DNA of 64,000 nt from Microcoleus sp. (lineage in GTDB: Bacteria; Cyanobacteriota; Cyanobacteriia; Cyanobacteriales; Microcoleaceae), in the NCBI GenBank assembly GCA_052279835.1, contig CP181291.1, positions 5,376,001 to 5,440,000 on the forward strand, in the 5' to 3' direction. Below are positions 30,480-39,834 of the stretch, one piece after another. A program made the translations under genes and the position numbers. The notes under the pieces are model-generated. The model ran no database searches. It saw nothing but the letters and a program-made list of their open reading frames with translations, and was not told the DNA's origin. Every line of letters starts with the position of its first letter. The first letter of the stretch is position 1.

Positions 30480-30716
30480 GTAATCGGAATGAGGTGAGGC
30501 AAATATGACAAAAGGGAAGGAAATGTGAGTTTCCTTCCCTTTTGTTTTCTGGTTTTGCGTGTAGTTTTGGCGATCGCCCGATTCAGGGTTTTGGGCTTTT
30601 AATTTTTTCCGCAAAGTTTGCTGTTGTTTTTTTAGCTGTCGAACTCTGGCTGAGCCACCTTTTCCTTTGGAGTTTCTGCCTTCACTGCGGGGAGACTCCC
30701 AACTCTTCAGTCTCAT
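30444..30716 (-). CDS. Small basic protein (90 aa), candidate ArfA/ArfT-like ribosome rescue factor
   Basis: ATG at 30716 (the longer ORF start lies inside intron domain VI); MRLKSWESPRSEGRNSKGKGGSARVRQLKKQQQTLRKKLK; function is inference. Confidence 0.6.
   Translation of the reverse strand: MRLKSWESPRSEGRNSKGKGGSARVRQLKKQQQTLRKKLKAQNPESGDRQNYTQNQKTKGKETHISFPFVIFASPHSDYSVPFIGRIFFR
30508..30545. terminator. Perfect 16-bp hairpin, probable bidirectional intrinsic terminator
   Basis: ACAAAAGGGAAGGAAA-tgtgag-TTTCCTTCCCTTTTGT with T-tracts on both strands. Confidence 0.85.
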
Positions 30717-30726
30717 GTTGTTATTT

Positions 30727-33153
30727 GTTAGAGTCGATAGGGGCATTTCTACCCCTACCTCTGATTCAGAACGGAACGTGAAACTTTCGTTTCATTCCGC
30801 TCCTTGGTATCTCCATCCTTTGTTAAGGGTTCAATTCAAAACGGGTGTTATGCTGGTTCTTGTAAGGGAACCGTCATTTTCCGTTTTTGTGTCGTGACAG
30901 TGTTTATGTAGAAGTTGGAGGTTTTTGTACTCATCTTTACCGCCTAACGAGCGGGGTTGGATATGGTCAACTTCTAAAATGTCTGTAGGTGTGAAGTACA
31001 GACCACAGTGGGTACATTTACCTTTTTGTGTCCTAAGCAGTGTTGCCACTCTTGTTGGTGTTTCCAGGTATTCTCCGCGTCTTTTACTCCAATAAATCCA
31101 GTCCCCATCATAGGGTGTTGAGTTGCCCTTTACTTTGACGTGCCTTATAATAGGCGTTGCTGAGTGTTGGGTTAGCTCTAAACCTTCTTCTGTGCTGAAA
31201 CACCAATTTCTGTTGCCTACTGTTCGCCAGTATTTGTCTTTGTTGATGCTACCTTTTCCCCGTCTTCTAGCCCATGCTCTTAGTTTGTCGTAGGTAAGAC
31301 TATCGACCTTTTTGAAGGTGTCCTTACTTACTACTGTTGAGTAATAGTTTGACCATCCCCAAATTATTGAATTAAGCCTTTTGATTAAGACGTATTGGGG
31401 GGAGTGGCTATGAGTGTCTATCACTTCTTCAATTTTCGTAATATGAGCCTTGACTTTAGGCTTTGACGGAGTGATTAATGTTTTAAAGCCGAGTGGAATT
31501 CCTTTTGTACTTTTAGCACTTCGGTAGTTGCCTACCTTGTATTGTTGTACATGAAATCCTAAAAACTCAAACCCAACATTTCCATTGTATTCGTTGAGGG
31601 TGTGGGTTAATTTTGTTTTACTTGGCTTCAATTCTAAGCCAAAATCACTTAACCATTCTGCAATTATCTTCTGACAGGCTAGTATTACTTCAATGTCTTT
31701 GTGAATAATCACAAAATCATCGGCGTACCGGATTAAACTGATTTCTTTTTGCTGATTAATGGATTTACCAGCAAATTGCTTAACCCGTTCCTCCATTCCA
31801 TGTAAGGCTATATTTGCCAAAAGTGGGGAGATGACCCCACCTTGTGGCGTACCTTCATTAGTTGGGAAGATTTCACCTTGGTCTAATACCCCGCTTTTAA
31901 GCCAGGACTTAACTTGTCTTCGGAGTCCTGGATAGGTATTGATTTTGTCAAGTAATGCTTTGTGATTAATGCGGTCAAAGCATTTGGCAAGATCAGCATC
32001 CAGCACGTATTTGGCTTTGTGTTTGATACTGTCAAAGATGGCTCCTATTGCATCGTGACATGACCTACCCGGTCTAAAACCATATGAGTTTGGCTCAAAT
32101 TTTGCCTCCCATTCTGGCTCAAGTGCTGCTTTTGCAACTGCTTGTAAGGCGCGGTCGTACATGGTGGGTATTCCTAATGGTCTTGACTCATTGGTTCCTG
32201 GTTTTGGTATCATTACCCGACGAGTCGGTTGAGATTTGCCAGTTATTTTGAGTTGACTTACTAGCTCTAATCGTTGCTTCGGGGTTAGTAATTTAATACC
32301 ATCCACACCTGCTGTACGTTTGCCAGTATTGTCTTGTGTGACCCGTCGTACCGCTAAAACCTTATTAGACCATGAATTAATCAAGGTCTTTTGAAGCTTC
32401 CGAACTGCTTTAACATCGCCACGCTCACTTGCTCGATAGATACGTTTTTGCAACTTGAATGTCAATCTTTCGGCTTTTCGCCAATTGATTTGATTCCATT
32501 CCACCGTCAGGTTGTCCTGCGTTTTAGATTTATTCATTGCTACTAGGTTTCTATCCTTGAAGTTACCGTGTATCCGTCTGCATATCCCTGTTATTACAAC
32601 CGGGCATTGGCTTCTGATACAATCCCTCTCCCATATACTATTCGTTAGCTACTTACTGGGTAATCGACATGATTCCAGAAATATATGAGAGTTACTTCGT
32701 TCCAAATACACATTGTTTGAGTTTTTAGTGTGATGCTATCCACCGGGTTTATGGATGGTGCTTATAGGTCGAACACAAAATCGCCTATGCCCTAGCCTTG
32801 CCTTTTGGCTTGGTCTTAATCAGTCTTTACCGTGTTTTGCAACGGTCTTATACTGATTGAGCCGTTAGACCATTAAGTATAACGATGGTTCAGACACATC
32901 TTTGCTTTCGCTACACATGAACTCTTGCTCGACAGTTACCAGTTTCGGCTACCAGTAGTCTGCCTTTTATCCCCGCTTTACCTTGTTAGTTGCTACCTGA
33001 CAAAGTAGGGGATATGCTTTTACCGCTGCACTTGCGGACTGGGATTGAGGACTTGTGAATCCCGTACCTAGATGTATATTTAGTTGTACTAACCAATTGG
33101 TTAGTATAACCGTCCCTGAGTATTTCTACTCATTTAGGTTAAACGAATCGCAC
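30727..33153 (-). mobile_element. Complete group II intron (IIB-like) with RT/maturase/HNH ORF
   Basis: 5' GTGCG at 33153; domain V GAGCGGAATGAAAC-GAAA-GTTTCACGTTCCGTTC at 30802-30769; domain VI ending GACTCTAAC at 30727; EBS1 UUGUGU (32773-32778) pairs with exon AUACAA; EBS2 UACUU (32875-32879) pairs with exon AAGUA. Confidence 0.93.
30831..32537 (-). CDS. ltrA: Group II intron-encoded reverse transcriptase/maturase with HNH endonuclease
   Basis: RPLGIPT, GTPQGGVISPLLANI, YADD, GWSNYY, C-terminal CTHC...DHIQP...NLQLLHKHCH. Confidence 0.96.
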   Translation of the reverse strand: MNKSKTQDNLTVEWNQINWRKAERLTFKLQKRIYRASERGDVKAVRKLQKTLINSWSNKVLAVRRVTQDNTGKRTAGVDGIKLLTPKQRLELVSQLKITGKSQPTRRVMIPKPGTNESRPLGIPTMYDRALQAVAKAALEPEWEAKFEPNSYGFRPGRSCHDAIGAIFDSIKHKAKYVLDADLAKCFDRINHKALLDKINTYPGLRRQVKSWLKSGVLDQGEIFPTNEGTPQGGVISPLLANIALHGMEERVKQFAGKSINQQKEISLIRYADDFVIIHKDIEVILACQKIIAEWLSDFGLELKPSKTKLTHTLNEYNGNVGFEFLGFHVQQYKVGNYRSAKSTKGIPLGFKTLITPSKPKVKAHITKIEEVIDTHSHSPQYVLIKRLNSIIWGWSNYYSTVVSKDTFKKVDSLTYDKLRAWARRRGKGSINKDKYWRTVGNRNWCFSTEEGLELTQHSATPIIRHVKVKGNSTPYDGDWIYWSKRRGEYLETPTRVATLLRTQKGKCTHCGLYFTPTDILEVDHIQPRSLGGKDEYKNLQLLHKHCHDTKTENDGSLTRTSITPVLN

Positions 33154-33168
33154 TTGTATACTACTTTT

Positions 33169-33197
33169 ATAGTACACCCTGGGAATTTTACTGTCAA
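33169..33197 (-). promoter_or_regulatory. Sigma70-type promoter TTGACA-N17-TACTAT
   Basis: -35 at 33197-33192 and -10 at 33174-33169; 15 nt upstream of the intron 5' end. Confidence 0.75.
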
Positions 33198-33231
33198 GTA
33201 GTTTCAGTATCTAGGAAACCAAAACTAAAAA

Positions 33232-33307
33232 GCGTAGTGGTAGGGATAAATCCTGCCACTACGCAACAGTTTAGAATGCCCGTGTCTTTAGACCGGGGAA
33301 ATGTCAA
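33232..33307 (+). mobile_element. Orphan IS200/IS605 right end (omegaRNA-like remnant)
   Basis: GAATGCCCGTGTCTTTAGACCGGGGAAATGTCAA resembles the right end of the tnpB element (GAATCCCGTGCGTTTACGCCGGGGTGGATGTCAA); preceded by a hairpin at 33232-33264. Confidence 0.65.
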
Positions 33308-34185
33308 ACCCCAACCAAAACCCCTGACTGCTGCTGACTTTCACTCACCAATTCCTCTAAATCAGCGGAGTAAATTTCACAACTATTATTGGGGCTTTCA
33401 GTCAGCTTAATCTTGTATAACTCGGCTCCCAATTCACGCACTGGCGATCGTAATAATTGGCAAATACGAACCGCAATATTTTCCGCCGTCGGTACAACAT
33501 TTTCAAAATAAGAAATATCCTTATTTAAAAAAGTATGATCCAACGGTTCAACAACATAATCATCAATAGCCTTTTGCAAAGCTCCCAAATCCGCAATCAT
33601 ACCAGTCCGCTCATCAATTTCCCCTTTCACCGTCACATCTAAATGATAGTTGTGACCGTGACCATGAGGACGAGCGCACTTGCCGTAAATTTCCGAATTT
33701 GCTTCCAAGCTCAAATCTGGACGAGCTAACCGGTGGGCGGCGCTAAAATGAGTAGACACAGTTAGATAAGCTTCCATTCCGTTTCCTAAATATTCGGCCC
33801 AAAGTTCTGGGTGTTCAAACAATTGAATTTTGCTCACAGGTAAATGAGGAGCTAGCCTCCGCCAGATTTCCCGTGCGATGTTTTCGGTAGTTGGCAAAGT
33901 CTGGTGAAATTCCGGCCACGCTTCGTTAAGGTAGGAAAAATCGAGATGGTTGGTAACTTCCCGCTTAATGACGTGCTTGACATCAGACAGGTTCAACACC
34001 ATGCCGTACTCATCAAGTTCTCCTATCATAGAAACATACAGGACGTAATTGTGTCCATGTCCCGGTGCGCGGGCTGTTGGGCCAAACCGCTCAAAATTTT
34101 CGGCTTCGCTCAACTCCGGTAGCCAGTAACGATGACTCGCCGAAAACTGTGCCCGACGATTGATGATGCACTGCATAAAAGTCAA
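33304..34185 (-). CDS. queD: Two-domain 6-carboxytetrahydropterin synthase / PTPS
   Basis: Two T-fold domains: FSASH..GHGHNY..PTTEN and FSAAH..CARPHGHGHNY..PTAEN. Confidence 0.88.
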   Translation of the reverse strand: MTFMQCIINRRAQFSASHRYWLPELSEAENFERFGPTARAPGHGHNYVLYVSMIGELDEYGMVLNLSDVKHVIKREVTNHLDFSYLNEAWPEFHQTLPTTENIAREIWRRLAPHLPVSKIQLFEHPELWAEYLGNGMEAYLTVSTHFSAAHRLARPDLSLEANSEIYGKCARPHGHGHNYHLDVTVKGEIDERTGMIADLGALQKAIDDYVVEPLDHTFLNKDISYFENVVPTAENIAVRICQLLRSPVRELGAELYKIKLTESPNNSCEIYSADLEELVSESQQQSGVLVGV

Positions 34186-34644
34186 GTAGGGTAAGCTTGT
34201 AAAGTTCTGTAAAGGACTTACTTCTTAAGGATAAACTAATTTTTGCTGGAATTTTTCGATACTTTGAGGGTGCTGTACATGAATTGCGACCAATTTTCCA
34301 GATATGGGCAAGGGGCGGGCTCTCCCGCCGAGCCCACAATCAAATTTACTCTTTGGGAACAGGCATCTTGCCTGTTCTTGAGCATAGTGCAAGATTTTAC
34401 ATTAATTCTACAAACAGATATCAGATATCAAGTACCCCTAGCAAACATCTTCTCCCCATCAGTTGCTAGCCCATCGGTTAGGAATCTTTGACATAAAAAG
34501 TGCGATCGACTTTTTTTGCAACACAGGACACCCTAAAGTTGAAGTTTTTCGGATAAACTCTGCAATAATTAGCCGTTTGCAGTTCCATGACAACCAAAAC
34601 TAATCACCTGTTCCCAACCATCTATTACCCCTTACCCAATATTA

Positions 34645-36141
34645 ATGAATTGGATTACTGTAAAAGCCAAACATTTTTTTGAACAACTATCTGGTGCGAT
34701 GATGACCCCACTATTTTATGTGGGCGATGCTCATCTTTCCATTGCTGCCATCATCAAACTAATTTTACTAGCTATAGTTTCCTTTTTTGTAGCTCGCATC
34801 ATTAGTGAAGGAATCAAGCGTAGCGTCCTAGTTAGGATGGGATTAGATCGAGGTAGTCAAGAAGCAATTTCTACCATAATTGGCTATATTTTGGCAACTT
34901 TCGGTTGCATCATCGTCCTGCAAGGCGCAGGCATCAATCTCACTTCTTTAACTGTCCTAGCCGGGGTTGTGGGTATTGGTTTTGGCTTTGGCTTGCAAAA
35001 TCTAGCCACTAACTTTATCAGCGGTCTCACTTTACTATTTGAACACCAAATTAGAGTGGGAGATTTTATTGAAATAGACAATTTATTAGGAACAGTCGAA
35101 AATATTTCGATTCGTTCCACGATTATTAAAACCATAGACGGTCTTTTTGTTATTATCCCCAATATTAAATTTGTTGAAACTAACATTATTAACTGGAGTT
35201 ATAGAGACCCTCGGTGTCGCCTACATATCCCCGTTGGCGTTGCCTACGGCACCGATCCAGTTTTAGTTACGGAAGCACTCTTAGTCGCTGCGAGGAAGGA
35301 ACCAAATGTTTTGTCACATCCTTCTCCGAAAGTTTGGTTTCGCGGATTTGGAGATAATGCTTTAAACTTTGACCTTTTGATTTGGACTGACCAGCCGCAG
35401 GAAAGCGATGCTATCAAAAGTGCAGTCAATTTTTTAATTGATTATGAATTTCGTAACCGCAACATCGAAATTCCTTTTCCTCAACAGGATTTATGGCTGC
35501 GAAATCCGCAAGAATTAACTAAAATACTTGAAAATCACAAAAATGATATTTCTGCCAATGGCAACCTTTTTCCGCACCCTGTCCCAAATGCAGCAGAATC
35601 AAATGGTCATGTTACTCCTCCGAAACAGTCTGTACCGAAGTCTCTAAATAATTGGAATTTGCGCGATTTGTTGCGACGAGTAACTTATTTTGAACAATGT
35701 ACAGATTTAGAACTACGACAATTAATTGAATATGGCTACAGACAACTGTTTCCAGCAGAACAGGTTGTCTGCAAAGAAAACGATCCAGGCGATTCTTTCT
35801 ATATTATTCTTTCGGGTTCTGTAGAAGTTCTTTCTCAAAAAACTGGTAAGTATATTGCTACGCTTCACGAGGGGGAGTTTTTTGGGGAAATATCTTTGCT
35901 GTTGGGAACTCCGAGAACCGCGACTGTTAAAACTAGCGCGGATTCAATTTTGTTTGTAGTGGAACGCCATGATTTGAAAAAATTATTAGTAGAACAGCCA
36001 AATTTAGCAGATCAAATAGCTCTCAAATTGTCGGAACGTCAACAAGCTTTGAGAGATTTGGGATTGTTGGATGACGATTCTTTTGAACAAACTCCTTTTC
36101 TTAAAGTTCGGAAACGAATTCAAGTTCTTTTTGGAATTTGA
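34645..36141 (+). CDS. MscS mechanosensitive channel with C-terminal cNMP-binding domain
   Basis: GIGFGFGLQNLATNFISG, IEIPFPQ, and FFGEISLLLGTPRTATV. Confidence 0.92.
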   Translation: MNWITVKAKHFFEQLSGAMMTPLFYVGDAHLSIAAIIKLILLAIVSFFVARIISEGIKRSVLVRMGLDRGSQEAISTIIGYILATFGCIIVLQGAGINLTSLTVLAGVVGIGFGFGLQNLATNFISGLTLLFEHQIRVGDFIEIDNLLGTVENISIRSTIIKTIDGLFVIIPNIKFVETNIINWSYRDPRCRLHIPVGVAYGTDPVLVTEALLVAARKEPNVLSHPSPKVWFRGFGDNALNFDLLIWTDQPQESDAIKSAVNFLIDYEFRNRNIEIPFPQQDLWLRNPQELTKILENHKNDISANGNLFPHPVPNAAESNGHVTPPKQSVPKSLNNWNLRDLLRRVTYFEQCTDLELRQLIEYGYRQLFPAEQVVCKENDPGDSFYIILSGSVEVLSQKTGKYIATLHEGEFFGEISLLLGTPRTATVKTSADSILFVVERHDLKKLLVEQPNLADQIALKLSERQQALRDLGLLDDDSFEQTPFLKVRKRIQVLFGI

Positions 36142-36286
36142 AAGCAGGAAAACGATTTTATGGGCATTTGGGGGACTCGGAGGGCTTGCACTCTTGGCAC
36201 GGCCCCTACCAAGAATGAAACCGCCGTGTCCCAAGGGGAGAAGCAGGAAGTAGGAAGCAGGAAGCAGGTAGAGAAAATTAAGTTTT

Positions 36287-36973
36287 TTAAGCTTTTATTT
36301 TTAATTCAGCTTGTGCTTCCCGTCGCAGTTTAGTGGCAATTCTAAACAGTTCTTGACCTGTATGCAAGTGCCGATCGTCGTAGTTTAAGGTAAATAAATG
36401 TAATTCTTCTATGCCATCTCCGACTTGATTGATGCAGTAGTAAAGATGAGCGGCTACTCCGGCCACGTTAGATGGATTAGGCATGGAACGAAAAAACTTT
36501 TGAGCTTGTTTGAGAAACTCGCGACTGGCTTCGAGATAGGTTTGAAAATTTTCTATCAATTCGTCATCAAAAGGGTCTGCTGATAATTGGTCAATTTCTT
36601 TTTTGAGTGGTTTCAATATGTTGTTGAGAAATCGATTCACGGGTTTGTATACTTTAATCAGCCACTGTTCCATGTGTTCGTCGGCATCCCGTGCAGCGGC
36701 TCTTTGTTGGCGGCTGATGTTTTCGTTGGAAACGGGTTGTGCTTGCTGTACGGTGCGATCGCAAATTTGGCGATCGTAGGATTGTCTGTGCTGGGCATCT
36801 CCTAATATTTCGTAGGCTGCATTCAGGCGGACAATTTGTTCGTGACCTGCGGTTTTGCTGTTACTATCTGGATGAAATAATTTGACTAAACGGCGGTAGG
36901 CTTGTTTAATCTCGGCTTGTGTTGCGGTTGGGGTGACGTTTAGGGTTTGGTAGTGATTGCTAGGCTCAGACAC
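36287..36973 (-). CDS. J-domain (DnaJ-type) protein
   Basis: EIKQAYRRLVKLFHPD...LNAAYEIL. Confidence 0.9.
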   Translation of the reverse strand: MSEPSNHYQTLNVTPTATQAEIKQAYRRLVKLFHPDSNSKTAGHEQIVRLNAAYEILGDAQHRQSYDRQICDRTVQQAQPVSNENISRQQRAAARDADEHMEQWLIKVYKPVNRFLNNILKPLKKEIDQLSADPFDDELIENFQTYLEASREFLKQAQKFFRSMPNPSNVAGVAAHLYYCINQVGDGIEELHLFTLNYDDRHLHTGQELFRIATKLRREAQAELKIKA

Positions 36974-37242
36974 GCTTTTATTTCCTTGAAGTTTGATGAT
37001 TTACGCAAAAATCATTGACAATAGTTTCATGTTTTGCTATGATTTCGGTTATTTACTTGAAACACAATAAATCCTTAAGTGTAAGTAAAAAACCTAATTT
37101 TTCCAATTATTATAAATCTGTTTGAAAAAAACCGGGGTTGTTGAGAAATTTGTAGTGCAAAGCCGCGACTTCTTGAAGAAGTCGCGGCTTTAAGTTTTTG
37201 GTTTTTCCGGCAAAATCAATGGAATCTGTCTAGCTAAAACTC

Positions 37243-37818
37243 TTACTTGTGGCCAGATTTGGGAATTTCCACCACCGGTGCATCCACTCCCAGGAGCAAA
37301 TCGTTAGGATTAATAATCTCCACCACAGGCTCGTTTAATGCCACCACCAAACCGTCATATTCAGGATTAACGGGGGATTGAGCAAACTGGGGAGCGAAGG
37401 ATTGGCGGCCACCACTGACACCAGACACTACCGCGACCAACAAAGCTGCGATCGCGCATCCACCCCAGACTATCATCCGTTTCGGCTTGCGTTCAACTCG
37501 CTGCAACACCTTGGCGGCCAAATGCTGGGCCGATTGTGCCGAAGGCGGTACCGGAAGAGACTGAAAACTCTGCTGCATAGTTAGCAGTCGCGAGTACAAA
37601 GCTTTAGTGGCGGGGTCCGTTGCCAGCCATTCCTCAACTTGCCGCCGTTCGGCAGCAGTGACTTCGCCATCGAGGTAGGCGCTGAGCATTTCAAAGCGAT
37701 CGCAAGTCATAGTAGTTACATTCCCCTGAGCATGATTTTTTTGAGCTTGATGCCTAGCGAGTGAATCCCCGCCACCTTGGTGATGCTGATTGTGTTCCGA
37801 TTCAAAGTTAGATTTCAT
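37243..37818 (-). CDS. Anti-sigma factor (cognate of SigG)
   Basis: FEMLSAYLDGEVTAAERRQVEEWL anti-sigma motif plus TM; downstream of an ECF sigma. Confidence 0.88.
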   Translation of the reverse strand: MKSNFESEHNQHHQGGGDSLARHQAQKNHAQGNVTTMTCDRFEMLSAYLDGEVTAAERRQVEEWLATDPATKALYSRLLTMQQSFQSLPVPPSAQSAQHLAAKVLQRVERKPKRMIVWGGCAIAALLVAVVSGVSGGRQSFAPQFAQSPVNPEYDGLVVALNEPVVEIINPNDLLLGVDAPVVEIPKSGHK

Positions 37819-37960
37819 AATTTATACTGCTTCCTCACATTCGGGAAAGTATCACCTCTCCCTTAGCCTTATTTACAGCTTATTTATATTGACAAATAGA
37901 AGTTTTGATGTTAGCTAAAACTTCACCAAATCTTCTGTTGTTACCTGGAAAACCACTAGA

Positions 37961-38620
37961 CTAATTACCGTCTAGATATTTTTGCAATTGCAACTGCAAT
38001 CTTTGGCGAGCTCTGGCAATTCTAGACTTGACAGTGCCGAGAGAAACTCCTGTCATTTCAGCTATTTCTTCATAGGCTAACCCTTGGATTTCTCTCAAAA
38101 CAATGGTCGTGCGGAATACTTCTGGTAAATCCGCGATCGCCTCCCGCAACTGGTCGTAAAATTCTCTGGTCGTCAAATCTTCCTCCGGTCCCGGACAATC
38201 TGCCGGAATCTCCCAATCCACTTCCCCATCTTCGAGAGTACGAGGTACGTCCAGGGAGAGGGGAGTTCGGATGCGCTTGCGCTTCCGCAGCTCATCATAA
38301 AATAAATTTGTGGCAATGCGACTCAGCCAGCCCCTAAATTTGACAGGCTCTTGTAAGCGATTGATATTTCGATAAACTCGAATCCAGACTTCCTGAGCCA
38401 AATCAGCGCGGTCTTGCCAGTCAGGGGCCAAGTGATAGAGAACGCGATCGACATGGGATTGATATCGCTTCAACAGTTCTGAAAAAGCAGCGCTTTCAGG
38501 TAGATTTCCTTCCTGACACCGCAACACTAAGTCATAGTTAGAGAGTTTTTCCGCTGGCAATTGCACTCTTTGAACGGTCGCCACAACCGCAGACCAGGAC
38601 ACTGAAATAAAGTCACTCAT
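37961..38620 (-). CDS. sigG: ECF sigma factor SigG type
   Basis: DLAQEVWIRVY, FRGWLSRIATN, SLGTVKSRIARAR. Confidence 0.88.
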   Translation of the reverse strand: MSDFISVSWSAVVATVQRVQLPAEKLSNYDLVLRCQEGNLPESAAFSELLKRYQSHVDRVLYHLAPDWQDRADLAQEVWIRVYRNINRLQEPVKFRGWLSRIATNLFYDELRKRKRIRTPLSLDVPRTLEDGEVDWEIPADCPGPEEDLTTREFYDQLREAIADLPEVFRTTIVLREIQGLAYEEIAEMTGVSLGTVKSRIARARQRLQLQLQKYLDGN

Positions 38621-38798
38621 GGGTGGAATCGGGTCATCGAACATTCCATGATTTTTGACGTTGCGCTATCTTCCGAAGTTCCCAAATAGGCCAAGACAGA
38701 CGGGAGAGTGGGGGATCACTCGGAGGGCCGGCACTCTTGGCACTGCCCCTACCAAGAATGAAACAGCCCTGGGGCTAGGGGGGGGTGACTTCTTCCTT

Positions 38799-39287
38799 CT
38801 AACCAGCAACTTCGCACGCACCAATATTAACCCAACTACTAGAACCATCAGCCCAATGTTCCTTTTTCCAAATAGGAACATTATGTTTGAGCGTGTCTAT
38901 CCCGTACTGACAAGCTGCAAAGGCTTCCCGTCGGTGGGGACAGCCCACGGCTACCAACACGCTGATTTCCCCCACCTCCAAGCGTCCGACGCGGTGATGA
39001 ATGACTACTCGATTGACATCAGCCCACTGGCGACGAATTTCCGTGGCGATTTGCTGGAATACTCTCACCGCCATTGGTTCGTAAGCTTGGTACTCTAGGG
39101 CAATTACAGGTTTACCGTCAGTTTGGTTGCGGACAGTGCCGCTCATTAATACCACCGCTCCGTTGGCTTTGTCATCTGCCAAAGTGTAGATTTCTTCTAC
39201 AGATAAAGGGGCAAAAGTAATGGCAAAACTGTCTTGCCGATTGCGTTGAGGAACTGTGTTGATGGAAAGAGCAGCGCCAGAATTCAT
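38799..39287 (-). CDS. moaE: Molybdopterin synthase catalytic subunit
   Basis: LEYQAYEPMA, HHRVGRL, PHRREAF, VPIWKKE. Confidence 0.95.
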   Translation of the reverse strand: MNSGAALSINTVPQRNRQDSFAITFAPLSVEEIYTLADDKANGAVVLMSGTVRNQTDGKPVIALEYQAYEPMAVRVFQQIATEIRRQWADVNRVVIHHRVGRLEVGEISVLVAVGCPHRREAFAACQYGIDTLKHNVPIWKKEHWADGSSSWVNIGACEVAG

Positions 39288-39446
39288 GGTGTGGAAATAG
39301 TGCTGGAGAACTTAATTTATCTTGACATAATCCCAGTGGCGATCGCTCGATGTCGATCAAATCTAAATTATTTTGGAGCGCACTGTAACCGCTCGATCGG
39401 AAAAGTGTAGGCGATCGACAGTACCATTTATCTATCCAGGAATCAA

Positions 39447-39517
39447 TAGACATCTCCCATAATTATTGTGGAACAGGCAGGATGCCTGTTCTTGACAAGC
39501 TTTTTAGGAGATGTCTA
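39447..39517. repeat. Tiny TIR-bounded element (TAGACATCTCC...GGAGATGTCTA) carrying a palindromic repeat
   Basis: 11-bp perfect TIR; internal GAACAGGCAGGATGCCTGTTC related to copies at 14851 and 34357. Confidence 0.75.
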
Positions 39518-39834
39518 ATCTCCAACCCCAAGCCATCTGTTGATTCCCATCACAATGATACAATTACCTGAAATTCGATCGTCCGAGCATTCCCCCGTCA
39601 CCCAAGATTTTCAGCAGCCGATGTAAACTTTATTGATTTTTTTGCCATACAAGCTGCTGACATGGCATCATATACCTGTGCAGGATTCAGGCAAATAGTC
39701 TAAGATTCGGTAACAGCAAGACCCTAACAGTTCTGTGTGCCTTCTCTGACACATAAGTTAATAATTAGAGCTTGTAATCGATTTTTTGATCTGAGTCTCC
39801 AGCGACAACAGTTAATAACAATCACGAGGAAACT

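Noticed and set aside
30717..30746. N-terminal extension of the 100-aa ORF (MPLSTLTNNN)
   Set aside because: Its start lies in intron domain VI; the host ATG is at 30716
30831..32537. Retron, DGR or defence-associated RT
   Set aside because: Has maturase and HNH domains and is enclosed by a full intron RNA with GUGCG, domains V/VI and matching EBS/IBS
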